Source of the DNA: the human T2T-CHM13v2.0 reference genome, Homo sapiens
Reading direction: 5' to 3' (one strand)
DNA length: 64,000 nucleotides
Assembly (NCBI RefSeq): GCF_009914755.1
Contig: NC_060928.1
The notes under the pieces were generated by a model. That model did not search any database, was not told the origin of the DNA, and saw only the letters and a list, made by a program, of their open reading frames with translations. A program made the translations under genes and the position numbers. Each line of letters starts with the position of its first letter. The first letter of the stretch is position 1. Of this stretch, positions 14,391 through 28,652 are shown piece by piece.

Positions 14391-17300
14391 CATGACCAAA
14401 ATGCATCCACCGTTAATTAGTAGTGAAGATGCGTTTAGAAGAGCTCTTCTGAATTTGTAATCTACACTCGTTTTGTAGCTAATAGAAAATATGATGTTCT
14501 AGTGAATCTCCAAGTTTAACCTCCTGGATATGTAATAGATTATTTTCACTATATTACAGTATACCACTCACTCATTTAATAAATAAACATTGGCGACTTA
14601 CTATGTGCCAGGCACTGTGTAGAATAGAATCTGGGAAATTAAATGATGAAATAAGATGATCAATAAGTATTTTTAAACAGAATCATTTAGTTTTTATTTT
14701 TAAATTGTCCTGTTCCAAAGCTCAGCTTCTTCACTGTTAGAAATTACAAAGAACTGTACTATCTCTACAGTTTAATTTGCACCACAATGTAGGAGGTCCT
14801 TTCTATTCCAAGATGAAGTGAAAGAAAGCCTCTTGAACAGCTCTCTCTGAGGAACTGAGTATAAAGCAAATAACTTACACTACTGAAAGACTTGCTCACA
14901 TTTGCTCAGCTCCTTGGCCACAGCCCCATAAAATTGTGAAGAGCTGTGGAGAGGAAGAAAATGAAACAAATTTGAAATTCAAAACATATGTAGGATCACA
15001 CAAGAGAGCTAGAAAATACCTGTGCTATCACCTGGCTCAATGAGGTTCTGCAGCACATGAGGAAGATGGGACTCGGAGAGAAACAGATTCAACGAGCATT
15101 GGTTAGAGCCAAGAGGGCAGCTTCAAAGACCACATAAGCTAAGACCATTATGAAACTTTGGTGGAGGGGGTGGAAGAGAGAAGAAATGCGTAGTTAAATA
15201 GGTGAGCAACTGTGGCAGGATTAGAATTTAAACAAGTCTACTGAGGTATTCAAAGGAATGTAGTAACCATTATATTTAATAATCAGAACTAAATGATACA
15301 TCTGAAAATAAATGAATTTTTTATTCCCCTGTCTCTTCCAACTTGATGTGAAGAGGTAGTACTCCTACTGCCCTGGCTGGGCATATGACTCTTTTCAAGG
15401 TAAGAAATTTACCCATCACCACTAGTTCATCCAAACCCTCTCAATTCCATAATTTTCTCAGTCAAGTAAAATCATCAAAGCTTTCTACTTCATTTAAAGC
15501 TTCTCCCTGCCCCCAGCTTAGGCCAGGTTCAGGCCAGTCACCTGCAATGGGAATGGGGTGATTGATTTCCTCTTCGTTTCTCTGCTTGGAACTTCTATGT
15601 CTCCCGAGTCACCGTGCTGCCTCTGGTTTCTCCAAAGTTAAGGCAAAGAGAACAGGGTGGGAGAGTAGGTGAGAGGGAGAAAAATCCTGATGTGCTGCCT
15701 ACTTTTGGTCCTCTCTGAACTTTGTTGATGTTTAATGCTGATTTTTTTCCTTGTGTTGTGTTTTTATGGGATTTTTGTTACCCATATCCATTCCATTGAG
15801 AAGGATCTTTCTCCTGCAGTTTCCTTGAGGTGGGCAGGTGGACACTTCTGACCCACTTCTGGTCCATAGGAGGTTGTCATGTATGCTTTGTCCTGACAAT
15901 ATTTGGAAGAACAGGCCACCCCATGCAGTCCCATCTCTTCACTCTGAGGCCAGAGCAGCAGCCAAATAGCCTCTCATCTTTTAGATTTCTCAGGGTGTCA
16001 GACACCAAGCCACGGTGCCTCCAAGTTCCAGGAGACACAGGTAAACCTCTTCAAGTGGTCCCACTGAAACCTCTCTCCTGAGTCTTAATTAGACAGAAAA
16101 ACATCTGGTGCCCTAGCCCTTGGAGGGGAGAGCATTTACAGTGTACTCAGTATACTGACAGCACTCTTTGAAAGGCCTCCACTAAAATGTCTCACCTTAG
16201 TTTCTCCAACCTCTTTTATAGGCTGGTGGTGGGCTATCAGCAAAGAGCCACACAGTCTTGTTCTTGACCATGTTAGTCCTGCTTTGGGGTCCTGCGTCTT
16301 TCTTTGGAGCATTGGAGCATAGGACTTAGTCTTGGGGCCTTGCCAAAACAGACACAGAAACAATTCTTCCCCCCACCCCGCCCCCTGCTTGTTACAATAG
16401 TTTTTGTTGTTTTTTGTTTTCTGTTTGCAATTACTTTATATTGTCCTCTTCAGCCCACTTCTTGCTACAGCCAGGAGAGGGTGGGTAATAACATAAGGGA
16501 AAGCAGAGTATGCTGGCTGACAAGGCTGCGTGGGGGCAGGAGTCACTAGGTAAGGGACGAATGGCAAAGAGAACAGCTGAAAGGACCACCTAAGCTAATG
16601 ATCTAAGCAGAATTTCAGCCAGGTTTCAAGGACCACTGGCTCCAAGGATATGCAAGGTAATGGCCACGTTAGCAAATAAGAACCAGCAGGTGAACATCAG
16701 TCAAGCCAAAATCATGGACCTTAGATACAAACATTTTTGTAAGTGTTTGCAGAGATGACCAGAGAACAACACAGAACTCTATAAGCAACTTTTCCCATCC
16801 TCTCATGGACTTCCCTTAAAGGAAGTGAGAAGATGGGGAATGGGAAAAGAATCCAAAGGTGATTTAGTTAATTGCAAAATGACTGTTTTAAGCCAGAAAC
16901 CTGAATTTAATTGGCAAGTTCAGTTGAGTGACTAGACAGCTGGGAACTTTATGCCCTTCACACCACCTGAAAAACTAGCCAAAGAACCCAAGCACATGGG
17001 GTCAGTTTTACTCCCCCAGGTACCTCTCAACAATTTTTATTGTCCCTTTAGGGAGCCATGTTTGACAAGACACTATACTTAACTACTTAACTCAGGCTTC
17101 TCTAAGCAGGACTGTGCAGTCTTTCCAAATTACACTCAGGAAAACAAAAAACAAACCTTCTGCTGTAAGAGTCCCCCAACCTTCCTAGGTGCCTTAGCTC
17201 AATATAGAAGAGCAAGAATGCTCTCATATGACCTTTGTCCTCTTCTTCATTTTATTTGGTGGAAATTTTAAGCTATAGCTTCCAACCTCTCTACACTATA

Positions 17301-18197
17301 GAATATAGTAAACTTCTATAATTTAAGTCCCCCAGGCTGGGCTCTCACTATATAAACAGAATATTTTTGAACAAAGAAAATTCTCAATCAAGTCTGGCCT
17401 TCAGAATTGCTGTTTGTCTATGGACTTAAATGGAGTTTGAGACCCAAAGTTGAGTAAGAATGCTAGCAGTCTTGAGTTGAGTTCCCTAGACGTAGAGTCA
17501 GAAATAGAGGTTCTTGTACTAGTGGTTTCTTGAGAGAGTAATTTCATGAGACAGGGAATACAAAAAACAGGACAGGGAAGTGGGGAAAGCTGAGCTGATT
17601 TCAAAAGGTTCTAAAATTCTTTTGAAAGGGGAAGAAAGTGGATTCTTTAACCTTTAAAATATCAACAGTGTCTTCAAATTTTCTAGAAGAGAAAAATTTA
17701 CTTTTTTAATGAATATTACTGGGAAATGTATAAGAAGATGTTATAAAGGACAATAAAAGTTCAATTTGAATGTTTTAAGCATTCAGGATTAATAAGAACT
17801 GTTACTTATATTTCTTCTTCATAAGCAAATGTAAATAATTTCAACAAAATACATTTATAGTAGTGCCTTTATGTGTTAAAATCCACTTGGGAACCTAAAA
17901 TTTAAAAGTTTCTATTTGTCAATATTAACTGTACAGCTAAATGGCTTTTGTTTTATTTGAAATTTTGCTGTTGTGCTTTTTCAAATGTACATCTTAATGC
18001 CTTTCTTCCTCCTTACTATTGAATGTATGAAAGCCCTACTGTATAATTTCGGACAAAACTTTTTGATTGGGCTTCAACCAATAAATGCAATTTCTTGATT
18101 GTTGAATGGAAGAATCCTCATTAACATGGAATGCTTTGATCGCCAAAACTTTCAGTTAAATGGAAACTAAAGTCTGTGGTTTTTAATTAACTGTGAG

Positions 18198-18222
18198 TTT
18201 TTTTTTTTTTTTTTTTTTTTTT
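18198..18222 (+). repeat. T25 mononucleotide run forming the exon 14 polypyrimidine tract
   Basis: 25 consecutive T ending 11 nt before the exon start. Confidence 0.95.
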
Positions 18223-18233
18223 GTCTTTCTCAG

Positions 18234-18384
18234 AGCTCAACTTCTAGATTATAAGGTGGCTTTGAACTTGACCAAGTATCTCAAAAGGGAAGAGAATTTT
18301 TTACCATGGCAGAGAGTAATTTCAGCTGTAACCTACATCATTAGCATGTTTGAAGATGATAAAGAGCTATATCCTATGATTGAG
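18234..18384 (+). CDS. ENPEP: ENPEP exon 14 (151 nt)
   Basis: ttctcag|AGCTCAA...ATGATTGAG|gtgacg; encodes AQLLDYKVALNLTKYLKREENFLPWQRVISAVTYIISMFEDDKELYPMIE. Confidence 0.97.
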
Positions 18385-19403
18385 GTGACGTTAATGCTAT
18401 GGTATCTTATGAAAGTAAATGTTTAGCCATTAGTAGAATAGGATGCTTTCTGAGAGAAGGAGCTCTTGGGGACCTAAACCATGTTTGCTTGCCAGGTGGA
18501 ATCAAAAGAAAGTGCAATGACTTGACTAATCAAAGCAAAGCTATGCCGTCTATTCTTTTTCAATTTGAAGTACATCAGAATTTGTTGTTCTGCATACATA
18601 CCACTTAGGTGCATTTTAGTGTTAGAAGAAATACAACAATTAATATTTTACTTAAAATATACAACATTTTAAACAATAAATACTAATTAGATCTTTTTTA
18701 AAATGGACTTTATCTATGTTAAAGTGAATTATTCTTCTAAAATATAATATTATATCTTCTTATTCTTACTGCTGGTATTTCCACATTGAGATTTTATCAT
18801 ATGTAGTCATTCTAAATACCGTTTCTTTGCTTTGTGATTTCTGTAGCACGTAAGTAGGACACTTGTAATTTTAGACAAATTCTGGATTCAAATCTCTAGC
18901 TCTTCTATTTACAAAATGAAAGATCTTGAACAAATGATTTAACATTTGTGAGTCTTAATTTCCTTTGTACATTAGGAATGCCAGCACTTGCCTGCTTACG
19001 GTAATGGGATTGTGAGGATCAAATAATATGAAAGTGCTTTGTAAAACCTAAAGCAATATCAGTTATTTTTATTATTTCATATATGCTTAAACAATCTTAG
19101 TGCAGAAAGTAGGTTGAGTGTTTTCCTATTTATTACATATGTTAACTAAGAAATAGGGGTTAAAAGGGCCTTACCCAAAGTTTTATAAAACATTACAGGA
19201 AGGTCCGGGATGGTTTATATTTTCAGGATTGAAAAAAATTGCAATGTGATAAAAATTAAATACATTGTTTTTCTAAGGACAAGCGCAAAGTTCTCTGAAT
19301 TAGTAGGAAAACAGATTATAACAGGGGCTGCTGAGTATAATAATTGGGATACTACTGATATGTAGTAAATTGTTACTTATTGTACATAATACTTTTATTT
19401 CAG

Positions 19404-19477
19404 GAATACTTCCAAGGTCAAGTGAAGCCTATTGCAGATTCTCTGGGATGGAATGATGCTGGAGACCATGTCACAAA
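19404..19477 (+). CDS. ENPEP: ENPEP exon 15 (74 nt)
   Basis: tttcag|GAATAC...GTCACAAA|gttatt; encodes EYFQGQVKPIADSLGWNDAGDHVT(K); the donor is weak but fixed by frame. Confidence 0.93.
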
Positions 19478-19585
19478 GTTATTCTCACTTTTTAACAACT
19501 AAAATTCATTTAACATTTGTTTTTTGTTTTAAGACTTGTTGAAAAGTGCTTAAGGCCCTGGATTTGTGTTTGTTTGTTTTTTAAG

Positions 19586-19690
19586 GTTACTCCGTTCCTC
19601 CGTGTTAGGGTTTGCGTGCAAGATGGGAGACAGAGAAGCCTTGAACAATGCTTCCTCGTTATTTGAGCAGTGGCTAAATGGGACTGTAAG
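19586..19690 (+). CDS. ENPEP: ENPEP exon 16 (105 nt)
   Basis: ttttaag|GTTACTC...ACTGTAAG|gtgatt; encodes LLRSSVLGFACKMGDREALNNASSLFEQWLNGTV(S). Confidence 0.95.
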
Positions 19691-19773
19691 GTGATTACTC
19701 ACATTGTTATGCTTAGAAGACACATTTGAGAAAAGAGTAGTTGAAATCTCTGAAACACTGTTTCTTCTTCTAG

Positions 19774-19944
19774 CCTTCCCGTAAATCTCAGGCTTCTGGT
19801 GTATCGGTATGGGATGCAGAACTCTGGCAATGAGATTTCATGGAACTACACTCTTGAGCAATACCAGAAAACTTCATTAGCTCAAGAAAAAGAAAAACTG
19901 CTGTATGGATTAGCATCAGTGAAGAACGTTACTCTTTTGTCAAG
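19774..19944 (+). CDS. ENPEP: ENPEP exon 17 (171 nt)
   Basis: ttctag|CCTTCCC...TTGTCAAG|gtaagt; encodes LPVNLRLLVYRYGMQNSGNEISWNYTLEQYQKTSLAQEKEKLLYGLASVKNVTLLS(R). Confidence 0.97.
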
Positions 19945-20888
19945 GTAAGTTGGGCTTTTATTTCACATATATAAATAGTATTTAATAGTTTATGTGTCAC
20001 AGTCTCTTTAAGAGTCTGATTAAAGTATGATGTTTTGTTTCCAAAAAAATCCATTAAAAGTTATTTTCCCTGCAAGAAACAAAATATCCATGTAAGACTG
20101 GCCTAAACAATAAGGAAATGTAATCTCATATGAACACATTCTGGAGGTAGGTAGCTTCCAGTTGTGTGCAGCGGCTCAACATTTTCACCCAGGACCCAGG
20201 CTCTTCTCTTTCTGATTTTCAATGATCGACATGTTGGATGTCTCATGACTTCCAGAGCTTGAAACATTTTGTTTTTACACAAACATGTGTAATGGAGGTA
20301 GGACAGGAGCAAAAGAGTTTCCTGACAAGGCTCTGTCTCTTATGCCAACAGGACAATTGTCTCCAATTCTCCTCATAATCCAGAACTGGGTCACCCTTCA
20401 TCATTGTGAGTCACACTCTGGGTCTGCTACTTGATCCTTTGCTCACTAGGGTGAACTTGAATTCCTTTGGCTGATTTGAGCCAATTAGAATTATCTGGGA
20501 CTGGGGTAGAAGTCTGTTTTACCTAAGATCAAGGATATCTAATGGTATCAGAGCAAAACTGGGCTCTGTGAGTAGAGAAAGAGGAGTGTCTGCCGCAAAT
20601 GCATTTACACTTTACTCAGAAGGCACAAAGCTCATCTATGACTCATTTCCCACTCTGCATTTATACTTGAAATCAACAGGCTTCTTCCTTAATTCATTTT
20701 TTGCTTAGTTATAGTGTCTGAGTTATTTACTTCATTTATTTAACCAACACTTATGGTGTCCTTTCTATGTATAGATATATAGATTGTGGAAATAAAAATG
20801 AATAAAACATGAATAAAAATGACATCTATCCTTGAGATACTTACAGCTTCATGGGAGAGGCAGAATGTAAACAGTAAATTACAATGCA

Positions 20889-21592
<704 letters not shown>

Positions 21593-23372
21593 AATCCCTT
21601 TCTTATTTGAAACATGTGATTGATATGTTGTATTTTCATAAAAGTAGATTTACCCACACAACTGCAAGTGCAAAGAAAATGTAGGACCTTGATTTTCTAT
21701 CTGATTATTCCCAAGAGTTCTCACACTGCTGAGTGATGAGCCAGTGAGAGGGAGAACAACTGATGTTGACTATCTTTGTCTGCCAGTCTAGTTTTTAAAT
21801 GAGTTGTTAAACTAGAATTCTCATTGAAATAGTCTCTTGGAGTAAATGTTCAGTCTTCTAGAGTTCCTTCCCTTCCTCATGGTCCTTCTGCACAGGGAGA
21901 CATGCCACCCTTGTGGTGATGGAGAAAGAGACCTCTGATTTTTGCTGCTTTGGCCTTAAGGTGTTTACCTATTTTGGTCTGGGACAGAGTCTGCTGAGTT
22001 TTCATTGATCATATTTTACCTTCTGGTGCACTATCTGTCATCCAGAGATGAAAGCAGTGGTCCCAGTCACTTGCTTCTGTTCATGAAGTACCTGTGCTGT
22101 ATGTATGGTATTTTTGTTTTCCCATCAGGTCTTCCAGTGTCCCTGCCTCTTATTGCTAGGCTGAAGAAACTGATAGCTTCCCATAAACAGGACCCACAAG
22201 TCGAAGGAACCAGGATCATTACCTTAAACTCAGTCATATATTCACCTCACCTTGCCTACGATGTACTGTCACTCTCCCATGCCATTTTGGCATAGCACAA
22301 AAGTACATGCTGAACTATAGACCTGTTCTTAAGGGGTTGTGTTTTCCAGTTTCACATGTGGCATGGACTTTATTTAAGCTTGAGTTTTCTCCAGTCTCAT
22401 TTAGGGTAAATTTCTACTTCAAGTATGCTAAGGGTCTTGATATATTAATAAAAGCATACATAATTTAGAAATACCTTTTCTGTTTGACAAAGGCTGACTC
22501 TCAAAGGCTCACAACTCAAGTTGAACAGTGATCCCTTTGTTGTAGTTATTATCTCAATATCTTCCTAAAGATATAAATGAATTAAGCCAATGGGTAGGAT
22601 GCCATGGGGCAGCAAGACTTGAGTAACATGAAAATACATCTAATCTATCAGTAGTAGACATCTATTTTTGAGGTTCCCTTGTCACAGTGAACAAAATGTG
22701 TGCTGACCTTTTTTGGAAACACTTTTTCAATACAATATACACTTGTAAGATCTTGGGCTAGAAACGCTACTCTAGGTATAGCCATGGCATACAATTAAAC
22801 CTATCCATTTAGTCATTTAATTTATCTTGTACTTATTTGTATTCTTAATTATTGCCAACTAATATAACCATATAGGTTACATTATAGGATTATTTCTTAC
22901 AATCTAGGGAAGAGCAAACAACTGCTTTCCTATAGAATATAAGAGCATAGATACATTCTCTTAATTTACTGGCTTCTTTTAAAAATCCAGTGGGATAATG
23001 GGAAAGTGTGTGAAGTACTCTATTCAATAAATGCTGTTTTAAAATATTAATGGTTAAAATTAACATTTTAATTTTTAAATTAAAAACAATGTGTTTTAAA
23101 ATTGTTTTTGGTGCTTCTAAAATAATTTAATTTTAAATGTTTTATAGTTTACATTCCACTAGTCTTTAAAATCATAGGTTGGTCTTTTAAAACAGTTAAA
23201 CATATCAGAAAATTTTAAGTTGTCTTTCATCATTTGTCATATTTAATTAACTTTGTCAGTTGATACCTCAAGAATTGAATTGCTGGCATGAAAACTATTT
23301 TGTATTGGAATTTAGCTAAGGGTGAACATTAAAAGTTCACTTTGAATTGTTTTTCTGTTTGGCTTCTCTTAG

Positions 23373-23513
23373 GTATTTGGATTTGCTCAAGGACACGAAC
23401 CTTATTAAAACTCAGGATGTGTTTACAGTCATTCGATATATCTCATATAACAGCTATGGGAAGAACATGGCCTGGAATTGGATACAACTCAACTGGGACT
23501 ATCTAGTCAACAG
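23373..23513 (+). CDS. ENPEP: ENPEP exon 18 (141 nt)
   Basis: ctcttag|GTATTTG...GTCAACAG|gtggga; encodes YLDLLKDTNLIKTQDVFTVIRYISYNSYGKNMAWNWIQLNWDYLVN(R). Confidence 0.97.
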
Positions 23514-24595
23514 GTGGGATGATCTGATGATGGTCTGCTGTTTTCTTTGTTTCATACTATCTACTGGTTCCTTCATTTTTCTTTGGGCCACTGTCTCTGA
23601 CATCTATACAATATCTAAAATGGCATTATTAGAGGTAAAGGATCATGGTATTATCCTTCCAGGGAAGCAATGTACTAGTTAATTTTAAGAACAATTTTTT
23701 TCTGGAAATTATTGTTTCAACTGACCTATAGGATTCTGAGATCTGGAAGACTAAATTGCATTATTTTTAGTTTGGTTAAAACAAGTTAATACAATTCTGC
23801 CTGTTGTGCTAGTACCTAGCATAATGCCAGGCACATATTTAGTTCTCAATTAATGTTTGATTAAAGCTAGGTAAAAATTATTGGACCTGGGTTCAAATTA
23901 GAGTTCTATATCATACTGAGCTTATGTGGGTGATAACTATTACCTATCCTGACCAGATAATGAAATTTCAAGTATTTTGAATGTTTCTTAAAAGGGAATT
24001 ATATTTCCTAGGCAATAGAACTTTTAAAATGGGAAATAGCAAGGACAAGAGCAAAATCAGTTAAAGAGATGCCTTTCCAAACTTCGTATTTCCTCAGGCC
24101 CGTGCAGAAGAAAGATTGCTGCTCTTGGTTCTGATACTCTAAATATAATGCACAATTTCCATCCAAAAGGCAGTTCTTTGATAGAGTACAAAATAGAATA
24201 TAGAATAAACGTATGTCCCAAATAAACATATAAACATTGATGAAAAGACCTTTACCATCTGTAATCCCTACATTAGGAAATAGCCTGTGTTATCTCCTCT
24301 TAATCTCTCCTGTCAATCCAGCGGCACTGTCTCATTGATAATGACTGCCTTGTGAGAAATACCAACTCTAATTATAACTTTTAATTATTTTCTCTTTTCT
24401 ACCCCACAGCTCACCAGAGTGCTATTATGTCCATTTACATTTCTTTTCCTGCTGAGATTCAGATTCTACCTCTAGCTCCCAACCAAAATACACTACATTG
24501 CTTCTGCCTGCTTGTGATAAATTTTTACCTTTTCTATTCTTGTAACTATTGAGTGTCACTGTTCACCCATCTCTATGAAGATTGGTTGGTGTGCA

Positions 24596-24617
24596 TGTGA
24601 GTGTGTGTGTGTGTGTG
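24596..24617 (+). repeat. (GT)n microsatellite
   Basis: gtgagtgtgtgtgtgtgtgtg. Confidence 0.8.
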
Positions 24618-26249
24618 CACGCACATATGTGCATTGTTCATCTTTTATGATTGTTTAAATGAAATGCTTAATTTAGAATGAATGAATATACCTATTAAGA
24701 ATATGTTATTATCTAGATGTAACAGTTTATATCATGCAAGGTAATACCCTCCATTTTGAAAAATATATGGCTAGTGATAAATACTGCATATTTTGTTTTA
24801 GTTGAAAAGACCATACAACTATCTCTTTTTCTGTGGTGTATGGTGCAGGAAACCTATGTAGATGAAGCATAAAAGTTACTTTTGAGTTACTATGAAAAGA
24901 CAAGTAAATAATGGTTTATTTTGCATAAAATGGCCATTAACTTATTGTTTATTGAATAAATATTTCTCAAGGCCTATTTGAGTAGCTATGCTGTGATTTA
25001 TTTCAAATAATGCATTTTTCATTTTTAAAAATTAGTTGTTTCACTTCAGGAAAATTAAGAAGTAGAAAAAAATAGGTTTTGCCTTGTCATAAAATTCATA
25101 AGTGTCTGGCCTTAAAATAAATGTATTAGGCCTGGTAAATTGATTATTTTTCAAGATAAAAAAAGAAGATAAACTATTTCCAGAAGTACTCCAAAACTCT
25201 TGCCCAAGGCTTTAGCATTTCTTCATAATCTAATGATCTAATTCTCATGAGACATTATTTCAAATGGCCCCAAATGTAAAATTGCTAATAACCACATGTC
25301 TAATACACACAAACACCCAATATTAATTGTACTTGGCTTGAATAAACAGAACTTCCCTATGAAAATTGGATAATAAAAATTAAACAAAAATGAGCCAAAC
25401 TTTATCCAAATAATCCCAAACACTTGAACATTTTCCAAATTTCAGGATGAATAGTTTTACTATCTCCATTTCTGAACAATTTATGGTCATCCTGAAATAA
25501 ATAATCTTCTATTTAAATAAAGCTTTTGTCATGTGATTTTTATGACAACTGATGGCCACACTGCTAATGTCCTTGCCAGTTTGAGACTTAGCCACAAAGT
25601 CCCAAAGATACTTCAGAAATTATTCTTTGCTTTTGTTTCTTCCAATAAACTCTTAGATGAAACTGTGAAGTTGAGTTGACCCAATAATAAGGTGGTGTGA
25701 TTTTAGTTTATGACAGTAGATGAAAAACTAAGTCATTAGGACATGATTGAAACCCTTCAAATACTACCTCATAAACCAAACAATTTAATAAGCACTTAAA
25801 AGTTTTGTGTGTATTAAAATTATTTCTTTGGATAACATAATAATACTTGTATAAATATTGAATCCAAGAAGACAATATTTGTAAATTTTTTTCAAATTAT
25901 TTAAAATATAATTAAATCCTTATTTTAGTTTTTAAAAATAACCAATATGATAAGCATGCAGTATATTTTCCCTTATTTTCTATACTTTATATGATATTAG
26001 TTTCCTGGGGTGTACATATTTTGTTCTGGCATTTCTGGTATTTAAACAAGTAGTTGCAGTTTTCACTCAGCATATTCATTGCTAGTTTCTAAATATGTCC
26101 TTTAGACAAAACAGAAATAAATATTACAGAAATTATAGAAGGTCACTGAAAACATTGTTTTATTAGCTGCAATTAGCAGACTTTCTTTGAATCTATAGAA
26201 TCTCATCAAAGCAACTCAGTGTGATTTGCTTTTTTAAATTCCTGTTTTC

Positions 26250-26892
26250 TTATTGTGAAACTGGTATGTGTTTTTTGCACAAAATGCATACAAACAAAAA
26301 TAAGAGTACAAAAATTACCTGTAATGCAACCACCAAGAAATAACTCCTATTGTCATATTACTGTTTCTCCTTGAGTTTTTCCATGGCTGTTTACTTAATT
26401 TACAGAAATGGAAACATATTATAAATATGGTTTATAACTTGCTTTTTTTCCTCATCATCCTATATTGTGGGTGTCTTTTCATGTCTTTAAGTGTGCATCT
26501 TCAATATTATTTTGAATGGCTTAATAATGTTTCAATGTGTACATACATCTTAGTTTATTTAGCCAATCCCTATATGTTGGACAATAGAATTGTTTCCCTA
26601 CAACTATACGTAGTGTATTGATGAACAGTCTTGTACACTGAATCCTTTGTTGTTTTTTTTAATGTCCTTGACAATTTCTTTAGAATACAAGTAGTGGTAG
26701 AAGTAATGCTACTGGGTGAAAAGATGTGTTTATTTTTAGGGTTTCTGATAAATGTTGCAGAATTGCCATTCTAAAAACTGTTGCTAGTAACTGCCTATGT
26801 TCCCAACCTTTTTCAATGCTCAGTGTTGTTATTTTTATGTATCTTTGTTAATTGAATATATGAAAACTGATATCTCATTTTAAATTACATTT
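26250..26892 (-). mobile_element. Old L1 (L1ME-like) fragment; probably continues at about 27900-28280
   Basis: tttatttagccaatccctatatgttggac...aatgttgcagaattgccattctaaaa...actgatatctcattttaaattacatttct. Confidence 0.6.
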
Positions 26893-27520
26893 CTTCCATC
26901 CAGTAAATATTGTGGAGCACCTACTCTGTGCTAGGCATTATGACTGGCATTGGGGATGCAGTAGTAAGGAGAAGCAGACCTGGTTCTCTGTCGTCATGAA
27001 GCTTTGAGTAGAGACAAATTTTAAGTAAAGAGTCACACAAATACATGTATACTTTATTATACGTAAATTATTAAAGTATAAAAAAGTTCAGGTCTTAGGC
27101 AAAAATGTTATTCAAAATGGTAGACCATGGAATCTAAACTACATAAAGAAATAAATGCAAGAATAGGAAGATCTGATGGTTTAAGTGATAGAGGGGTGGG
27201 AATAGTCAAAGGGCCAGAAGTCCAGGTAAAGTGAAAGAACAGTCACAGTGGAAACTGAAAGACATAACATGTCATAGAGGGTGAATAAATTAGCAATTTT
27301 AGAGGCAGATGACTTACGGATGATCACAAAGTATCTTAGGAATTTGGTGGCTGAAGTCGAGTGAAGAAAATATCATCGGAAATAAGGTTAAGGAACTAAG
27401 AGAAGAGATGTTATATCATTCATCTGTATGGATCTGGAAATTACCTAGAATGATGGCATGGCTTGGAGGAGTCAGGTACCAGAATGTATCATTAAATGCG
27501 AGGGACTAACATAAGGGAAC
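26893..27520 (-). mobile_element. L2 3' fragment
   Basis: ccagtaaatattgtggagcacctactctgtgctaggcatt...ggggatgcagtagtaagg. Confidence 0.65.
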
Positions 27521-28089
27521 AGAGGTTTTTAAAGAGGCTGGAGGAATGCTGGTCTGGAAGCAGCAATGGGGAGCATGAGCACACTGACTATTTCCTGACC
27601 TGATGCTACAAAGGATGTGGGAATATAAACATTCTCTTAAGTGAGAATGAGAAGTAGTGTTCCCTGTAAAGGGACAGTTCCAGAGGGCTAGGTGAAAGGG
27701 TTCAAGAGCCTGGGGAGATCTAGGAAATGTGTCAGAGGCCAGAAAGTACACACTTTTAGGGGCAGCATTACTAATGCCTCAGAATCACATTTTAGATAAT
27801 GACTGATGACATTAGGGATGAAAAAACATATTGGCTTTAAATTCAGTGGCGTCTGTGATAAGAGTGGGCACTGGATCTGGTACACTGAAATCATGCTTGA
27901 TTACTAGAACATTTTATTCTTTTCCCATTGGTACATTTTCATTCCTTTGCTAAATTCATGCTGGCATATTTCTCCCTGTTACCAATTTGTAAGGGTTCTT
28001 TATATGGCAAAAATATTTGCTCTTTATCATATATATTACAACGATTTGTTCTCGATTAGTATTTGGCTTCTAATTTTGTATATGGTAGG

Positions 28090-28220
28090 ATTTTTTTTTT
28101 TTTTTGTATAAAACTCTTTTGTTACCCAGACTAGCCTTGAACTCCTGGGCTCAGTGGATCCTCTCATCTCAGCTTCCCAAGTCACAGGGATTACAAGGGC
28201 AAACCATCACCTCCCAGCTC
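28090..28220 (-). mobile_element. Degraded Alu monomer (FLAM)
   Basis: poly-T, then gttacccagactagccttgaactcctgggctcag...gggattaca. Confidence 0.75.
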
Positions 28221-28274
28221 AGTATAAAAGTTTTTAATTTGCATAAAACAAACTATCAGCTTTTATCTTCATGA

Positions 28275-28652
<378 letters not shown>

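Noticed and set aside
15290-17000. Possible ancient ERVL LTR remnants (LTR67B/LTR78-like)
   Set aside because: The resemblance is too weak to assign family or boundaries without a profile search.
21600-22320. Possible continuation of ERVL internal sequence
   Set aside because: I could not recover convincing collinear retroviral peptides by eye.
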